This document shows positions 17,201 through 18,289 of a stretch of DNA of 18,289 bases, piece by piece; within the stretch, counting starts at the first letter, position 1, and every line of letters starts with the position of its first letter. The stretch is taken from the NCBI GenBank assembly GCA_051382335.1, contig JBBCAX010000392.1, positions 1 through 18,289 on the forward strand. Reading direction: 5' to 3'. Made by a program: the position numbers and the translations under genes. The DNA comes from Deltaproteobacteria bacterium TL4. GTDB lineage: Bacteria; SAR324; NAC60-12. The notes beneath the pieces are model-generated. The model worked only from the letters and a program-made list of their open reading frames with translations. It was not told the DNA's origin and did not search any database.

Positions 17201-18185
17201 CCTCACGCTGAGTCGTAACGAACAGAATGGTTTCCTCACTGGCACTACATTAAGCAGCGTCACCACCACCCAAACTTACAACACCTATGGTGAACTGAAA
17301 ACTTACAATGCAGCGTTCAGTGGTTCAACCCTTTTTAATGTCCAATATACCCGTGACAAATTGGGGAGAATCACCCAAAAGATCGAGACCATCGAAGGAC
17401 AAACCGATACCTATGATTATGAATATGACCTCGCTGGACGTCTGACCAATGTCAAAAAGAACAATGTTCTCTTTGCTCATTACGAATACGATGACAATGG
17501 CAATCGTCTCAGCTATACAGGAACCTCTGGCACAGTAAAAGGCGATTACGACCAACAAGACCGATTGCTCAAATACGGTGATACCACTTATACCTACACA
17601 GCCAATGGGGAACTGAAAACCAAGACAGTTGATGGTCAAACCACGACCTATGAATATGATGTATTGGGTAACTTGATGAAGGTGGTGCTTCCCGATGGGA
17701 AAGTGATTGAGTATGTGATCGATGGACAGAATCGAAGGATTGGAAAGAAGGTTAATGGTAAGTTGGTTAAAGGTTGGTTGTATAAGGATCAACTCAATCC
17801 GGTTGCGGAAATCGATGGAAGTGGAAAGGTTGTGAGTCGGTTTGTTTATGGTAGTAAATTGAATGTTCCTGACACCATCATAAAAGAAGAAAAGAGCTAT
17901 CGGGTTATTACTGATCACTTAGGGAGTCCAAAACTGATTATTGACGTTAGTGATGGCAACGTTGTCCAAGACATGGAATATGATGCTTGGGGTAAGATTC
18001 TCAAAGATGGTAATCCAGAATTTCAACCTTTTGGCTTTGCAGGGGGATTGTATGATACCGATACTCAGTTAGTTCGTTTTGGAGCTAGAGACTATGATCC
18101 AGAAGTAGGACGATGGAGTATAAAAGATCCTATTGGTTTTAAAGGTAATCAAACTAATTTATCAATACCTTCGCCAAATTTGTAG
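11220..18185 (+). CDS. Teneurin-like YD/RHS-repeat lipoprotein (Ig-like domains, FN-plug, NHL propeller, YD shell), C-terminally truncated by an IS
   Basis: Lipobox LIG-C27; Ig-like segments (VDTTPPTI, AVDLAGN); teneurin-type LRGKVMDREANPLPGVTITI...TRKDGMFDLAVNGG; NHL repeats (PTGIALDERGNLFIADAGNHRIRKV); YD repeats; RHS core PFGFAGGLYD..RFGARDYDPEVGRWSIKDPIG, which breaks off after QTNL. Confidence 0.9.
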   Translation: MKSWPSYFQTKRAWVVLLLVSFLLIGCGGDTSNQKEDSGQSDEADVQISETMRSYLETIEDKDHRQRVESDLNRFNGFLLENKIRTLKEFNDALAKPEFVSKTSNFIKTSSETQTSSYQRGFLGGFWESLKGWLEYLIRLFKNFIEFIMKFLETGNSDKPPAVPAKGVNFLDTDPDKNQFSGEVLITKADDESELTHYVLYWGSDANTKLEHEPAIAALAKTGSDLSYAIAANTTIPQGATYLLVFTQNNNGEMGTNVKVALIDTMIELTFTAPADGSYFNTTTPELKVSYKGTGSELDISTLRFYTDNHELAVNCTHSESGSACIPTTPLQEGPQLISAAIKNKQGNSPSPAQVRFTVDTTPPTISLDFPTEIFTNQWEKTITGQVNETATLTVKGQSVSLGENRAFSQDLPLLEGLNTFELKAVDLAGNEDALTLNITLDLTPPSAINSGLITLERDSDERVSLSAPAGTLEMGASVTITNVNTKESALIEADQNGGFTAIMAAENGSQLSVLVTDLAGNVGPSTNITINLTSLPPDPVAVAPEVNLTTVTTLASATEFLYTGGNPIQRGVEPGTIEAKRAAVLRGKVMDREANPLPGVTITILDHPEYGKTLTRKDGMFDLAVNGGLVLTVNYAKENVLPARKQIHVPWQDYVLLEEVILLAYDAKVTTIDLDSNEPFQVAQGSPVTDEDGTRQATLLFPQKTNATMTLPDGTTQPLTTLHLRVTEYTVGPHGPKAMPAPLPPSSGYTYAVELSVDEAEAAGAEEVLLDQPVYFYVENFLGFPVGLSVPTAYYSGFQSRRSPDPSLPATGCAPLETPEENTPAWIPTDDGRVIKILSINDGVAEIDIDGDDVADHATLLAELGVTQAEQRKLASLYQPGQTLWRVPMRHFSPYDMNYSMISMGPSPRQKPGHNTGAGKSHKKPCNSIIDCQNQTLGEVLKIPGSPFSLNYQSARVPGRKVGQVLTIPLSGTEIFPDLKSIELEVSVAGRQFKQTFPAEPDQSYTFEWDGKDVYGRVLQGRQKLRVRIGYVYPAFYQVPAPEFRSFDLATGIPLKGVPSRTKLTRWQEYTTEIGTWNTPEQKFGGWGLSELHAYDPLDQTLYLGNGEWRSARNLSYMATTVAENMDHIEDLDLYPTSIAVDGDDNLFIISWRYLEELTGNHEVGYRIYKLTPAGVLTIFEEGAVGLDDVGIIASSKMTVDGKGNLVSVMLKNRVDKLTPKGTLTTIAGACEVSGGENGKDLMAYLSGLAFDKQGNLFLVEDSQIKKLRPDGLMTTIVGTAELGYSGDEGAALNAQLNFPTGIALDERGNLFIADAGNHRIRKVTPDGLITTVAGHGEEGYSGDGGPAIEARMSRPNAVAVDKQGNLFIADSENGRIRKVSPDGMIVTIAGTGAEGSSKNGEPAIQTTFLPLDLALDSQDNLLVSDAGNKRILKISPALENFTGQPINIASEDGSQIYAFNATGKHLLTVNAATGATIYSFSYNAAGLLKEIKDGAGNMTQIERDDSGKLVTIVAPYGQRTTLKLDENGYLSSSTDPAGNTTQFTYTDEGLLTSFTDPKGNASLFTYDEFGRLIKDENAAGGFWSMTRTGNSDNYTITMTTAMERLTSYTVKNLPTGEQLRLNHEPGGIQAEILIGVDGSLKTRSPNGTVATSVPGPDPRWNMQSPIPKETTVATPGGLKATTTMERSVSLADPKDKTSPQTQTEIVSLNGRVYTTLFNTATKTAISTSPAGRQTVTVLDHQTRVLEFQAPGLEKTTYEYDQRGRLSVITQGDRVTTLTYGTDGYLASITDPLAHTVEFDVNANGWLTQQTLSDSRVIATSYDANGNTEALTPPGRDAHQFNYNPVNLIQAYTPPALSDSGVPASKLSTGYTYNLDKQIDRITRPDGKTIDFVYKTDPNDDLLDKIVIPRGEILFSYKPGTGQLKTITAPEGGTLSYTFDGFLLTKEEWSGTISGSVSQTYDNNFWITSRSVNGEYVINFQYDNDGLLTQAGDLTLSRNEQNGFLTGTTLSSVTTTQTYNTYGELKTYNAAFSGSTLFNVQYTRDKLGRITQKIETIEGQTDTYDYEYDLAGRLTNVKKNNVLFAHYEYDDNGNRLSYTGTSGTVKGDYDQQDRLLKYGDTTYTYTANGELKTKTVDGQTTTYEYDVLGNLMKVVLPDGKVIEYVIDGQNRRIGKKVNGKLVKGWLYKDQLNPVAEIDGSGKVVSRFVYGSKLNVPDTIIKEEKSYRVITDHLGSPKLIIDVSDGNVVQDMEYDAWGKILKDGNPEFQPFGFAGGLYDTDTQLVRFGARDYDPEVGRWSIKDPIGFKGNQTNLSIPSPNL

Positions 18186-18289
18186 CAGCGTAAAACGCAA
18201 AAAATTAAATGACCTGAAACATGAGGAACAATCTGATAATTTGTTTGTGACGAAACAAAACAAACTTTTCAGGAGGAATTCCCCATGTT
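18163..18289 (+). mobile_element. Left end of an IS (same terminal sequence as at 4213), running off the window
   Basis: CAATACCTTCGCCAA (18163-18177) starts exactly where RHS homology stops. AGGAGG (18271-18276) and ATG at 18285 probably start its transposase. Confidence 0.7.

Noticed and set aside
259..17918. Short antisense or overlapping ORFs in the track (e.g. 259..498, 2066..2356, 7753..8217, 16284..16856, 17325..17918)
   Set aside because: They are shadows of well-supported genes, with no recognisable motifs.
4213..18289. Composite transposon bounded by the two CAATACCTTCGCCAA ends
   Set aside because: Both motifs face the same way on the + strand, the left copy is truncated, and the right copy interrupts a gene. 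Independent insertions are the simpler explanation, and target duplications cannot be tested inside the window.

Overview
An accessory region crowded with mobile elements, in a bacterium with Deltaproteobacteria-like FliM (taxonomy is a guess). Left: an atypical stand-alone flagellar C-ring cassette (fliM without the CheY-binding N-peptide, a FliN fused to an N-terminal carbohydrate-binding-like beta-sandwich, a second FliN, and a mini-FliG with only the middle/ARM part). It sits behind a sigma28-like promoter and a leader with CsrA-type GGA hairpins. Next come a MITE carrying a duplicated REP-like unit, a DUF2804 gene, a remnant of an IS with a CAATACCTTCGCCAA end, an IS66 without target duplication, a doubly broken vapC and a cbiQ 3' fragment. 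The centre is nested: a group II intron (7071-10574) whose EBS1 pairs with the flanking GGACAGCCA motif lies upstream of an HUH/Y1-transposase remnant and itself carries an IS630 and a 155-bp MITE. Its RT has a nonsense codon near the C-terminus. Right: a 24-unit (CCAAA)n tract between an RBS-equipped ATG and a 2321-aa lipoprotein-anchored teneurin-like (FN-plug/NHL/YD-RHS) gene, whose C-terminal domain is cut off by a second CAATACCTTCGCCAA IS end at the window edge. Family calls come from motif recognition by eye; no database searches were run.
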